A DNA stretch of 64,000 nucleotides from Trichoplax adhaerens (Eukaryota > Animalia > Placozoa): NCBI RefSeq assembly GCF_000150275.1, contig NW_002060950.1:918106-982105 (forward strand), given 5' to 3'. The notes beneath the pieces were generated by a model. It saw only the letters and a list, made by a program, of their open reading frames with translations. It was not told the DNA's origin and did not search any database. The position numbers and the translations under genes are program-made. Positions 48,406-62,791 of the stretch are shown in pieces (within the stretch, counting starts at the first letter, position 1; each line of letters starts with the position of its first letter).

Positions 48406-51400
48406 CAATGATCTACGCTCTTGTCGACGTCACTATGGGTGGAAAACGATCTAAAAATAAGTTGACTTCTGTGATGTAGACGTCTTGCCGGTAGATCGTG
48501 GTACCGTATGCTATGTGGTACTGGAAAGATGGACGTACGGTCAAGAGGGCTCTCACATGGTGCTTACTGTAAGTAGCTTCTTCTTGCTCAAGTTGGACAT
48601 TAGTTCTGCCAATATTCTTATGACTTTAGTACGAGAGAGTGCCTGGAAAATAGGAAGGCAGCAAGTGGAAGCTTGCCCCTATCCTATTTTGTATTAGAGT
48701 TCGAAGAAGAATATCATCGGTATAGTCATTTAAACAAACGTAATATTCTCAATAGAAGTTCAGCACTAGAAATGCTCGATTGTCATACTAGTACCCTTTA
48801 TCGATCAGCAAGCACTAGGAAATAGGCACTGCCGCTTTGCCATACTAGAGAGTAGTCTACTATATCATACGGTAGTCCAAGCTTAATGGATACCAGCGAA
48901 TTTTCAATATGGCACCGCCGATATGGCCATGACGTAGTTGTGTACAGTTTTATTTTTAGACTGGGCGGAGGCATAAATAAATCATTTAAAAGGAGGGCTA
49001 TAGACAATACCGTTGTAGTCTATGAAAGTTATTGATCATTGTATGGATGGAATGAACAAATAGACACAATGTTGTTCATATTCTATAAGTGGCAAAACTG
49101 CATTTGTACTTAGAGCAATTCTAGGCAGGCTTGGCAAATTTCGAAATAGGACCGTTCAAAATGAAATAATGGCTGGTACTACCGTGATGTACTATATATT
49201 AGGCCCAACCAGTATGGATACTGACAACGTTGATACTTTGCGTAAATAGCTTCAACTTCGCAATGTATCAGAATGGATAGCATTTATATTGGCTGGGCCT
49301 AACCTAACTTGCATGCTGTGTTTGGCAATGGTATTCCGATTACGAATGCCTTGTATAGGATAGGAGTATGACAGGATATAGAGTAGTAGGACAGCCTAGG
49401 CCTACAGCAATATCTGTACTCCGGCATTTTTGGTATTAAGGAGACGTCAGACTTGTAACTTGAAATGAATTCTGCGGTATCTTACTCAATTAGCATTAAA
49501 TTGGTATACGAGTGCGTATTGAAATACTATACGTATATTTTAGCACAGTAAAGCACGCATGGACACTAAGTATTACAAGCAGGGTAGTAGACTAGTATCA
49601 ATTAAATACATAGAACATCAATCTACGTTAGGACATCAACTTAAATAATCCTAATTCGTTTTGCCATGGTTATTTGATTAGCAAAGAGACGCACTGTCAA
49701 GTATTGCAATACAGTATAGGGCAGTAAAACGCCTACGATTAGATTTAAATAGTTTATACCGCGGAGATTATTCCTTGGCTAATTTTCACTGAACAGCTTA
49801 GGATCGCAAAGGTTACTACTTCAAGAGACTGCTGATTCATAGCTTGTCGTGAACGTATATCAATGAAGTGATTACATTGCTGTATATAGTAGTATTAACT
49901 CTACCGAATAGATTCTATCATCATGGCGTTATGATGTACTAAAAATGTAATTCACAGCTTATTATGAACGTGTATTGATACAATGATCACATTAGCGAGT
50001 TTAAGACCAACACAACGTACATCGTTGACAAATACTTGTAACTATTCGCCGTCCGCTCATCTTAATAGCAGCATTAACTCTACCCGACAGAATTGCATCA
50101 TCTACTGTATGTGTTACCCTGTACAAAAAAATTAATATTTTGTGACAGTATTAATTAACTCTATGAAGGATTTTCATCATAAATATGCTACGTTGAGCTA
50201 TAAACCGGACAAAATTACGGTGCCCATGACTATACCGTCAGTAATGCAGTAATACGCAGAAATGGGTTGCATGATGGTATTTCATCCATACGTTCTTTAC
50301 TTATCTACTTATAGACAGTATTAATCTTGGTAGATTCAGCTATTCTTTGAATTAGAGCATTATGAAATTAAACGCTATATTGCAGTACTGGTATATAACG
50401 TTCAAATATTAAATAAAACAGAGATTCACAAATACTGTACAGTATACGATAAATTTATATACGATCGTATTGTCTTTGTAACTGCGTACTTAATTAGGGC
50501 TCGCTCGCGATGGTATTTTTAAAATTTACTGTATTGTCGTTAGTCTAATCTCAATCTTAAAAAGCAATATTCCTATTTCCGCTTATCCGGTAATGCACTT
50601 GACGCCTTTATTAGAGAAAATGGCTTATGCATGGCTTCCTGCTAGATATATCATGTATTTACTTAATGATCTATACTACGTCTTACATATACCTAGACAG
50701 GGTAATGAAGTTGAAATGCAGTCATCGTTGTAGAACTGGCGTCTGCTAACCATTAATAATCTCTGGTCTTAAGAAGTCACTTTATCTATTAATAGTAAAT
50801 ATGACCATTCGTTGCTATCTTATAAATCATGCAGGAGTCTTGCTGGATGACAGTCTTTCATACTTGCCAGTGCAGTATGTAACGGTTATGGTTTCAATGA
50901 TTGATCTAGCCGGTCGGCAATCATTCCAAAATTTTATTCAAAAACAATACAGTGCCGACAAATAATTATAAGAGTTTATCGACATAAGTTCAAAATATAT
51001 TAAATGAACAGTTAATCATTAGATATATTAGCCACCTCATATCAAAAGCTTCAAATATAACTAAGCTAACTTCAATAAATTCATTATGTAATTTTACCAG
51101 CTACAGCCAGCAATATTCTAGAGGCTTGCGCTGTGCGACAGCTAAGCCCGAACAATTTGCAACATACAGCACACTTAAGCTAGAACTGAAGCATTGGTAT
51201 TAGTTAAATCGTCTACTGAACTTGCGCTACCCCTTTGCTAGTTCAATGTTTCCAAACACGAATTGATAAAAAACAGTCGAAATTGGACAGTTACATGACC
51301 GTAATTAACATTTAGATTTTATACGAGTATTGAAAAAGGAAAGAAAGTGCAATATCTGAACAATTAATTCAGAACGCTTAAAAAGATGATATGACATTGG

Positions 51401-51499
51401 ATAGAGTGCATAACATCGAGTTTTATGATTCTATCAATGAACGATATCTTAAATCAAAGCATTTTAATTAATTAGTATGTTTAAGTAGTACCATTTTCA

Positions 51500-54400
51500 C
51501 TATTTCGCTTGCGGCCTAGGACCAACGCCGCCAGCAAAATCATATACTTTGTTTGCTACCGCATATGCTAATTCATCAGTCAGACTTCGAGTTTCCGCTT
51601 CTGCATAAACTCTAACGACATCTTCAGTTCCCGATGGTCTAAGTATACAAAGATATATCCATGATTTCCATCAGCACAATTATTATGTTATCAATCATTC
51701 ACGAAAATATGCAGTTTGGAAGATTTCTTTAAAGTAAGGAAACTATAGTGTATCTGGCTAAAATCGTCATAGATAAACCAAAAAGTGTTTAAATATTGCG
51801 TTTACTTGCGTAAGCCAATTGACTCAGCGCATACCTTACAAATGATCTACCGGCCTTAACTGCTGAGACTAGCTTGTTTATTTCTTCTTGTAGACCTTCA
51901 GGTGAGGTGGTTTCTGTTTCCGCTTTGATCGTTTTTATAACCGTGCGATCTTTAACCTACGGACAAATTATTTTATTTACTTACAAATGAAAAAAATTGA
52001 GAATCGAGGTTTAAATTGCTTTCGCGATCATTAATATTTACAATTTCACAACTACCAAATAATATTTATTTATTAAATCTGGTACTCAATGCTTTGTAAT
52101 AATCGGATAAAAATTACTGTAATTCGCGTATATACGACCAACCTTGACTTTTAATTGTCGGTTCGGTAGATCAGAGTACATGCTGTTCCAATCATTTAAA
52201 TTGTATCCTTTTCTGTTAAGTATTGTTTCAATTACTAAAAAGTCAGAAATGGCATCCCCAACGGTCTAGTGTAACGAAAAATTTAGTGTTTTAGTTGAAA
52301 TTTTCTTCTACAAAGGAAGCAATTGCCATTATATTTAGGAAATTATAGTACATTTTACCTCATTAACTAAATTGATAAAGTCTAGCAATTCCGACATTTC
52401 TTTAGATCTAATATGTGATAATAAAGCGTACTTCAATAACACCATTGCATTATAGTATAATTGTCCAATCCAGTTTGAAACTTACTTTACACTTTTTATT
52501 TTCTCTACAGCTACATCACTGAAGATTACCTAATAAATTTAAATGCTTTATTTTAAAACGTAATTCTACATACTGCAATAAGTTAATACAATTGTCATAC
52601 AGTTCCGTGGCCATTTGCTTCAAAATAAACGCCAATGTCATACTCTAAGGCTTTATGATGTAGGTGTTTTACGCCAGTCTTTACACAAGACACGGGAACG
52701 TCCTATTCCAGTTTAAAAAATTATATGTAGTTAGAAAATGGAATAATGCCTATGCTATTGGATATTAGATCTGATAACAAACCACTGATTTTTGAAGATA
52801 TTCCGTGGATCTTCCATTTGCATAAGCCGTTTGAATGACGCCTATTAATATTAAAATATGTACAGTATAGAGATTGTACACACGTGAATATGGCATCGAT
52901 GGAACTACTACTATTGCAAATTACCTACCAAGGTTTAGTTTCAGGTTGGCTTTCGAAAGTAAATCTTTAATAAAACTAGCAATCTACAGAAGAACACCAC
53001 TATTAATTTCAAGCAGTAAGGCAAAACAAGTGATAATTAATTTAAGGCTTTATTGATTGTTACCAATGTCGACATTTTATCTCCATCCAACAGTTTAAAT
53101 TCATTATCTACAATAGAAGGCATTAGTACAAAATGGCCCTTACGTATGTAAACGGTATTAGCTGTGTTTGAAGGTGTTGAAATCTACTCACCTTTACCAA
53201 TGTAAAAATATAAGATTCTATCTGCATCACCATCAAAACTGACACATTTTTCGTGCGGTTGGACACGTATACCTGCATGTATTAAATTCGATGGGATAAC
53301 ATCACTATACGTGTAGATCTTATATTGTGCAAGACATTCTATACTGACCCTCAGGGAGACATTGATTAATTTTTACGTAGTCAGCTCCACACTGTTGTAT
53401 GCGATATTAAGTTGATTAGTAGTCATATTTAAGTTGGAGATTGAATATATTGCTGCAAATTAATTGCAAGGTATTAAATTACCTTGTCATTTAATTTTCC
53501 ACTAGTACCGTCATTGAAAACAGATATATTTACACTGTTGCCGAGGTATTTTTGCAATTGCTTGATTTTGTCAGCTCCGACACCATTCGCTCCGTCTACT
53601 TTGACACCTAATTTTGCTTGATCGCCGATCTTTAAAAAAGATATATTAATATTGAAAAATGTTGATTATTTATTACACTGAGATGGTGATAGAAAAAAAT
53701 TTTAAATAGTGACTCACTTGTAACTTTAAGAATGCATTTGATAGCTTTCTATAATACCCCTCTTCGGTCGGTTCACCGTATTGCCCATTGGTGTTAATGC
53801 AGCGTACAATATAATGTAGCTGAGGGGTAGATAAAATTCCTATATTTGATAGATATATGTCGTTATGAATCTCTAGAGACCCAGTAGATATCGATTTACG
53901 TCATCCATATAATAACAGTGTAACTTATTGAATAATACTGACCATAGTCTTGATAATCCTTCTGTATGCATTTTGCACCTTCAATTACAGCTTCTGCTAA
54001 CTTTAATCCACTTGGTCTGGAAAAATAAATGCAATTCGAATATTAGTTACGAAGTAGTGGCAATAATGGAATCTCCGCAAAATTGACAAGTAAAGCAGAA
54101 TAGCGAGAGTTACATCGTAGCTTCTATTTCGAGAATAATTTGGAGCATATTTTACCTAGTGTCTCTAGCTAGGCAAACACAAGACTTTGCATTTAAATCT
54201 AATCCAGTCTCTTTCACGATGGCTTCTAATGCTGATCCTAAATCTTCAGCCCTACAGATTATTAAATAGAATAAGACGAAAAGGCTATAACATTACCCTT
54301 GAAGTTATGTTTTTGAATCGTTTTTTACTGTCTACGATATTTTTGTTAATTTAGTGCAACGGCTTTTATTTCAGATTATTCGTTGTAACAATAGAATCTG

Positions 54401-55894
54401 TACCTGCAATTTGCTAGTGAAGTAGCGTAACTTTCCCATGAGTCCTTCAGCATTTCTCCCATTGGATCGATCAATTTAACACCATTATCCTTCAGGAAAG
54501 AGAATTTCGCGATTATAGGGCTTTATATCGTATATTATTTACTTGCAATGTATTGTTTCATAGTCATGCCCTTCATTACCTCAACCGGATTATGAGACGC
54601 TGTAATCATGACACCAATGGAAGCTAAAAGTTTAAGATAGATTACGAAAGTTATCTATATGTATACTGCAGTTATGAGATATCCTGCACATTGATCTGAA
54701 ATGATATCTTAACGTCCAAATTTGATTACAAAATTATACCGAGTTGTTGAGTTAAATCTAGGGCATTGAAATATTATACTGAAACGATACCTGAATTCTG
54801 ATAGCGCTAGAAATGAGTTCATTTAGTTTAGAAGTATACAGATACTATTACCTTGCGTAGCCTTTGAACGTAATGCTGCCAATAAACCCATACGAAACAT
54901 AACTGGTTCTAGAAGGTCAGCCCTATAAACAGTATCACCAGCGATTAATTGAGAACGCTTTTGATAATGTATATCTACGGGTCTATTTTAATATTCATTG
55001 ATAGCAGGATAAATTATAGGATTGATAATGATTAGCATAGCTAATCAACATGGTACTTATGGTCATGCATGTTATTGCTCGATCTTGATAGTACCATTTA
55101 CACATCTATTGATTGTTTGTAAAGATGCTTATTTCTTTTCTCATTGGTCTCAAGATCGCGCAATAATGAAGTGTGGCAACATTGCATATCAAGTCATTGC
55201 ATTTTGTGGATATACATTATCGTATCCTAACTTGAGTAGGTAAAATTGATATCAATGTTACAGTAGAAATTGAGTATAGTTAATGTCAATAAGTATTCAT
55301 GAGATATGTATGAGATAATGCGACTTAAAGATAATTATATAATTCAATCTTACTGTAGACTCTATCGTTGCAGCGTATTAATAATACTGCATAATGTCCA
55401 CTCAAATATTGTACCAATAGTACGTTAAGCGGTGTTTCCGATACCTGATTGAACAATATCAATGAATTATAAGTATCTATCTAGGTTCATTACGGCCATC
55501 CATTAGTCTCATTTTATCTCAACAATCAATAATATCAAAACATCTTAGCTTGAGTCCAAGCACAAAACCTTAATCTAAAGTGAAGTTGTCAAATAAATTG
55601 AATCATCCATAAAGATACTAGTTTCCCAGGTAGCCTAATACAGACTGGAGTGGCTGAAAATAGCTACATATCATAGTGGATAGACTGCATAGACCAGTCA
55701 AATTGTTGGTATAAAATTGACAATTTTCAATGTTGACACTGGTTATTTTAGTTCATTAACGCCCTACCCATTACTACCCATCTAAGTATACATACATACT
55801 TTGTACGAAATCCAGCAGTTCCATAGGTGAATTTAACCGCTGGTAATGGATATTGACTTGCTACAGATTGAAGGGTTTCAATATTGATCGACAT
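51500..55894 (-). CDS. PGM3: Phosphoacetylglucosamine mutase (multi-exon)
   Basis: MSINIE...YGTAGFRTK, catalytic [24 protein letters not shown], metal loop [18 protein letters not shown] and C-terminal [15 protein letters not shown]...[10 protein letters not shown]. Confidence 0.95.
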
Positions 55895-56294
55895 GATGAT
55901 TGGGATGGTGGCCAATACTACGTTGAACGCTTTCCTTCTTGAATCCAATGGCAAATTCTCCTCTACTCCAGCAGCAAGCCAGTAGAAAGATGAGAGACGA
56001 GTTGCAACAGCTGCAAGCAATCAATGGCCACGTCAGGTATGGTAATGTACCATGTAAGAGTAGAGGTATAGTGGCAGCGTATAGCAGGATATGCTGGCAA
56101 TGATTGTTTGGAATAGAGTTTGCAGCGTCCGGTATCAGGTCTGTCCGTGTCGTGTATGGTAGTGTTCCATGTAGGAGTAAAGGTATACTAAAAGCGTATG
56201 ATAGCATATGTAAAGAGTGATGCTTGTATCACTCTTTATTGTCAACACGAACTGGATGATGGCGTTTATTTCCACTCAGGACTAGTCAAGAAGT

Positions 56295-56339
56295 CTTGGG
56301 GACTTCTAGATATACTTCAAGTATTTCTAGAAGTCCATG
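56295..56339. mobile_element. Probable partial third copy of the CATGG...CCATG miniature element
   Basis: Near-palindrome GGACTTCTAGATATACTTCAAGTATTTCTAGAAGTCC with intact right end TCTAGAAGTCCATG. The left end is altered and no clear TSD is visible. Confidence 0.4.
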
Positions 56340-58141
56340 GTCAAATTTAGGAATTAACTATACTGCACCCTAGGATATGGTCACAGTAGCGTTCACTTGG
56401 CTAGTAGCTGATGCAACTGTGCTCCTGTCCTTTGAAACGCACTTATAAACATTCTACACTGGATCTACACTGGATTACACTGCACTGTGGTTCAAGGGAC
56501 GAGCAACAACATCAAGGCAGAAGAAAAACGATAGAGTAAAACAATCGAGATTTCGCTTTTGCAATATGGTGAACGATCATTTTGCAGTCCTTCGATCGCT
56601 TTTGCTGTACTCCTCATCACGGATCAAGTGGACATACGCCAGAGCAATATCATAGGTGTTCAACACCATATTAGAGTATATATCTGTAATAAATGCGTCT
56701 CACAATAACAATCTTAGTCAAATGGTATTGTCTAAAAGGCTTTAAATTATAAGGTTTTAGGAATAGTAGAGCAATAATTAATTACTACAAGAATCTGGTC
56801 TAAAATCGAAAGTATTCCGAGCTCAAAGCCGCTTTGAAGTCTCTTCTCCCTGGTGAGCTCATCTCTGCAGTTCTTATGTAGTGTACATTTAGTTAAATTC
56901 ATTTATGATAACCTGATAACTCTACATCAGACATGGGTCATCATACAAAATACTTTTCTCTAATAGTACATCATTATTTTCTACAATCTAAATCCTTCTA
57001 CTTAAGGTGTCACTACTCTTCTATTAACGTCTAGCCCCTTTCTCCGAAGGGCATCTTAACCACTACAGTCTTTCTAGCTACATCAATCTTGTACCATCAT
57101 TAGTCAACTGGCTGCTATTAGTTATTAACAGTTTCTGATATAGTAGTTAGCAATCATCTAATATTAGCTTCACGGTAATATCTATTCAGAGTAACCTAAC
57201 TATATCAAATATAGCTATCCGTAAAATCAAATATGGGTATATCACTACAATATCAATGAAAACAAGTGGAGTACATGGCATATAAGTAGAAAGCAACGAA
57301 ACAACCTTTATCCTGATGTTTTCCGTCAGACTACTTTATGTACTCTGGTATCAATGAAAACAATATAGGATTTGTTTCATCTGCGTCCAATTGCATGATG
57401 TGAATTTAAATAATTCATTTTCCAGAGGTGTTATAGCATTGTACTGAGCGATCTGTTCGCAATCAAGACTTTAATGCAGTAAATGACTACTTGGGAATTC
57501 ATTCCTGTGAAGAGTACAGTTCAAATGGACACTTGACCAGTAAAATAAGTTAGTCTGGTCGTTTTAGACAGGGAAGTGTTGTTGCCAATCTCTTTCTCTC
57601 TCTTTGGTTTTTACTAGTCCCCTATTGGATTACAGTACTACAACAGTCACAGTGGCTAATTGCAAACAACAAGTGCTGGAAATGAACTACTAGATGCGAT
57701 ATATTGAGTAGTCCCTAAAGTAATAAAGTTATCCAGTAGTAGTCAAGATTGCACACTCCATATAGGAGAAATGCTTACGATGCAACTTGGTCTAACGCAT
57801 TGGCAGATTGTTTTCTCTTTAAAGTCATACAGTACCCTCATAATTGAGTATCGATATCATAGTGTACAACCAATAGAGTTCTTCAAAGGGGTAGAGGATT
57901 CATTTCTGTCCAGAATCAATTGCATGATAATGTATAATCTGATTATGAATAATTACAAAATAATCAAGTCCTAATAATAAATTGATTGATCTAATTTGGT
58001 CAATAAAAGTACAGTAGATAGAGATGGAGACCTATCGCATAAATTGTTGCCTACTACAGTATTGATTGGACACTCTTGTATCAATACCTCGATACGCCGC
58101 GAAACGTCATAAACTCGCTATGGAGCTTTTACGCATGCGTC

Positions 58142-58157
58142 GTCTCTACGTAGCAAC
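58142..58157. promoter_or_regulatory. X-box-like site upstream of RAB28
   Basis: GTCTCTACGTAGCAAC has a good AGCAAC half-site but an atypical 4-nt spacer; ~115 bp upstream of the ATG. Confidence 0.35.
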
Positions 58158-58269
58158 GTCTTGACGTTCCTTCAGCTTTCAAGAGTTTAGATTTTAAACT
58201 GGCTCTGGATTTCCAGTTGGAACAATAGTTTCTATGCAACTGTAAAACACTTACACAATAAATGCAATA

Positions 58270-60158
58270 ATGTCTGATGAAGAAGGCGAAGTGATTAGGG
58301 ATAAGCAAATTAAAGTAGTACTCTTAGGCGATGGTACTGCGGGAAAGGTATTGTACAAATTTGAATTCAATAATTAGTATAAAATAGAGGAGAAATGGAT
58401 TGACGATAGCAATAGGATTCGTACGATGATGATCGATCTAAGCAACGTTATATCTAGAGGAAAGATATTTCTTGTCATGCTATGGAAAAGATTTTATTAT
58501 AGTTTTGATAAGATTGGGATAGGAAAGAATAATGCCAATTTCTTTTTTAATCATTTCCTTTAATTTATGCCCAATAGACATCGATCGCATCTAGATATGC
58601 TCAAGGTGGTTATAATAGAGAATACCGTCAAACTGTCGGGCTTGATTTTTTTCTAAGGAGGATAGTATTGCCCGGTACGCTAATTGAAGGATTGAATTGA
58701 TCCTATGTTAACCAAACTATATTACAGAATGATTCAATCAATCTATTGCTCGAATTTCCATAAAAATCTTGCTTTTATGCCAGTCTTTGATAAATCAGTT
58801 AAAAATTGTATTAACCGGCAGAATTTATATGTATATATACAAATCATGATTAGGTGATGTTCATGTAGCAATGCAAGTTTGGGATATTGGTGGTCAAACA
58901 TTAGGTGGCAAGATGGTTAATAAATATATTTACGGCGCTAAGGTGATGAACGTACTGAAATGAAAGATTTTTCTCTTTTGAAAAACTACTCTATTGTATA
59001 CATGGACATGGACTTTATATTTTACGAAGTGGTTAACTTTATACCTTACTAAAAATAATATATTTTGACTTTACAACAATTATAGGCTGTTCTCTTAATT
59101 TATGATATTACCAATCCTAATTCATTTGAAAATTTAGAGGATTGGTATTCTCTTGTTCGGAATATGTTTAAATCAGAAAAAATTCCTCATATAGCAATAG
59201 TCGCCAATAAAAGTAGGTATTTACGACGAAGGATGCCTTATCGAATATTATAATGTAGCTAATACGCTGCATTTTAGAGCTGTTTGATAAACATAGAGAA
59301 TTATACATGTATACGCATAGAAACAAATCACATAGTATTTTTTTAAGGACTACCCTGCATTACTGGTTAAAAAAACAATATCTATTTATCTGCCACTAGA
59401 AGAATCACTAAACAGAATAATGCGCTAATTGTGTATCATTTCTACACTATTAAAATTGTCAAACTTTATATCACAATTAGTAGCGTCTATAAATTATTGT
59501 CAAGGACTTTATTTATAATTATAATGACGTATTTGATAATGTGCAATTTAGTGGATTTAGAACATATGAGAGCAGTAAAGCAGGAAAAACATACTAAATT
59601 TGCTCAAGAACACGGATTTTCCAGGTTTGAATTGACTAACAGTAAAATTTTCAATCATTTATAAAGTTAAACATGAAATTTTTCAATACTTTAATTGATA
59701 CTGTATTTTTGGTTTATTATTTATTTGATGGCATTACTTGTCTATTTGACCCTATTAGCCATTTCATTTCGGCAAAAACAGCTGATCAGGTAAGCTGCTA
59801 ATAGCTATGAATCTTGATATAAAAGAGGAATTATTTTTACTTCCATTGAATTAATTTAAATGTCTTATGATTAGGTTGAGACTTGTTTTCAGCGAGTCGC
59901 AGCTGAGGTTTTAGGGATAAAGTTATCAAAGCCGGAAATAGAAGAAACTTCGGTATGTTTGCCTAACTTCTTATCAAACACTGTAGTGAATATATTCTAC
60001 CTTTAAGTTAGGCCTGCTATCTCCAATTTGGTTTCAATTTTATCTATCAATCTATGTAGCGAGTAGTAAAGGCCGAAATTGTCAAGTATGATGGTGAATC
60101 ATTGGCTAATGCTATGCCACCAGTCAAACAACGAAGTATGGCTTGTACGATTCAGTGA
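58270..60158 (+). CDS. RAB28: Ras-related protein Rab28 (8 exons)
   Basis: MSDEEGE...[28 protein letters not shown], Rab28-type [33 protein letters not shown] and CAAX CTIQ*. Confidence 0.95.
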
Positions 60159-62745
60159 TAGAGAAATATATGGGAGTAAACTATGCAAAAAATAAAAATA
60201 AATCTTGCAGCCTCCAATCTGTAATCAAATATAGAATATGGAAGGTTATGTATAGAGAACTGGATTAAGATACCTAGTAGATACTGGAGACGTCAGCTAT
60301 TTGACATGAAAAATGATACATTTTCATTTTGGAGTCTTATGGCAAGGTAACACTAGTGTAAATAAGAAGAGCCAGTATTGATAATGTAAAGAACTGATCC
60401 ATTACATAGGATTAATGCATAAAAATTTTGTAGTTATCCTCGTTATTAGTTCAGAATGATACCTAGAGTGGGTTGACAAGTATATTACTGCAGGCGGCAC
60501 CATGTTAAGCGATTTATGACGTACATATGTACTAGTACATGCACATCATTTCTTGCTTGAAATGATACTTGTATGTAATACGTATTATTTTATCCGAATT
60601 ACTTTTCTCAAATATTGAGAGCTAATTAGAACCAATGTGACTATCTTCTACGGAGAATGATATAATTTTATAGTAGTACAAATGCCATATAATAAATATA
60701 AAAATTGTTAGTGTGCATTGATGATATAAAGATAACATTTAGAATCAAGTAGCGAATAATAATAATTAATAATTTCGAATATGCTCATGTTTTCAATTAA
60801 CGTTAATAAAAATGTTCTCATCAAATTGTTACGCTTAGCATGCTATTATTGAAAGATATTTTAATTTTATATCCAAAGTATGGACTAGTAGAAACTTGGA
60901 ATACATCTTTATTAGCATGCGATTATAGAACCTGATTTGATTTCATTCTCTAATCTTTGCTAACCCTAAATAGTTACGTTTTATATTTTGGTAGATTGAG
61001 AAAGCTCTAGTTCATTTAATTCAATACTTCTGAAAGCAAGACTGCTAAGCTGATCAGGTTGCGTTATTAACTTAGCGTAGTAAAGTAAGGGTGTAATAAC
61101 TGCGTCTAGTAAGTGAGAGCATCGCTATCGAGGGGTACAACCATCTGATAAGGCTTATATTGCCACTGTAGGTGAAGTTTATTTTTATGAATAATATTTT
61201 ATCGCTTGTTTTAGGTACATTGCTCTTATCCGTGCTAGTAGATTATGGTGCCATTAGAATTTTAAATATTTCAACTTTATGATATATAATCTCTTGATTT
61301 GAATGATATTATTTGCATTGTACAATAACATTAGCTTGATCTGCGTAAGTAATATTGCTACTTAATAATGGCCTCTCTATAGAAATGCGATAGCATTCAT
61401 TAACATAATCGCTAAGGCTATTGAATTTGCAATTCAACCTACGCCTTTATTGGCCAAATGCCCAGTGGTAATTATTTTTTTTTATTAGGACGGTTAATCC
61501 TCTCACCGATGCTAAGGCAAGACGGGCCATTTTTTTATGGATTTTAAGAATGCCTTTTAATGAGCTTGTACTGGAATTTTTAAGTTGTATTGGTAATATA
61601 ATCGCTACTAGTATTACCGTAGTAGATGGAGCACTAAGGGATAATGTTTAGAATTCTTTTTTGATAGAGTAGTGTGGAAATTGAATTCTTTAGTAGTTAT
61701 TTACTGCGAATATGGTATAACATTATATGCAGTTGTAATAACGCTATGCTTTAGATACGATAGATCAGTTTCAATATATCGTCGTCTTACATACGATATT
61801 TTACACGTCCATTAACAGATTGCAATACCGAAATTTTACGTTATTTTACTCCGTTTCCATCAACTTTTCAATAGGGTGATGAGCAAGTTTGGACTGATCT
61901 TACTCAAGATTTTTATTGGATGATAGCACTGTATAAAGCTATAATTTAATTGAATATATATATATATATATGCGTCTATATTAATTATAAGACATTCATA
62001 TACTGTATATTGAGGCCAATCCTAGAAATGTCAAACTGTCTGGTATTGACCTCAACATAAATATTGTAGTAGGGTAATGAAGATGCTAATTTACTATTAT
62101 AACACACGCCGGTGATACTGTTAAGTTGCAAGTCGTTGCAATGACACTCTTGGAATTGCTTTATCCGCAGAATCAATCAATCCAGTCACTATTTACAGAT
62201 AAAATCGTATGTAGTACTCAACATCTACAGAATGATGGAAGGGACTTTGGAGGACAACTGTAGCCTTTAAGTCCAAATGATGATAGAATACTGTGTAGTT
62301 GAGGGATTACGGACATGTTTGAACGGGCCTACAATCCAATCCGAGATTGATGATGGAGCACTGAACAAGCATTATAATTATCAGGGACTTTTCTCTTATA
62401 AGCCGCTATGATTATGATGATGATGCAAGAGAGGACATTTTTAGAGACAACAGCGGCCTTCAAGTTCCTATGGTCATAAGAGTAGTTGTGGAAATTAGAC
62501 TGGTCTACAGTACAGTCAAATCGTGTTCTGCACTGTCATCAAGTCGAAGATAGATCCTGCAGCACTGAACAACCGTCATCATGATGAAGGGACTTTTACA
62601 GATAGAATTGAATTGGTCTACAGTACAATTAAATCGTTTCCTTCACTGTCAAGTCCAAGACATATCATTGGATTTATGTAGCAAACGTCAAGATGAAGGG
62701 AAACGGCCATACAATAGTTGTATTCCTTGAACTGGTCTACAGTAC

Positions 62746-62791
62746 CATGGACTACTCAATGACATAGGTCATGGTTATCTAGTAGTCCATG
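62746..62791. mobile_element. Miniature inverted-repeat element (46 bp) with 7-bp TSD ACAGTAC
   Basis: TIR CATGGACTACT / AGTAGTCCATG. ACAGTAC at 62739-62745 and 62792-62798. Neighbouring related sequences at 62501 and 62614 (TGGTCTACAGTACA) show the empty site. Confidence 0.75.

Noticed and set aside
56211-56238. Hairpin TAAAGAGTGAT...ATCACTCTTTA as a terminator or MITE
   Set aside because: Eukaryotic promoter-side location, no TSD and no second copy seen.
60700-61700. Possible decayed minus-strand helical or membrane protein (MARLALASVRGL...)
   Set aside because: Too fragmentary to distinguish from random AT-rich sequence by eye.
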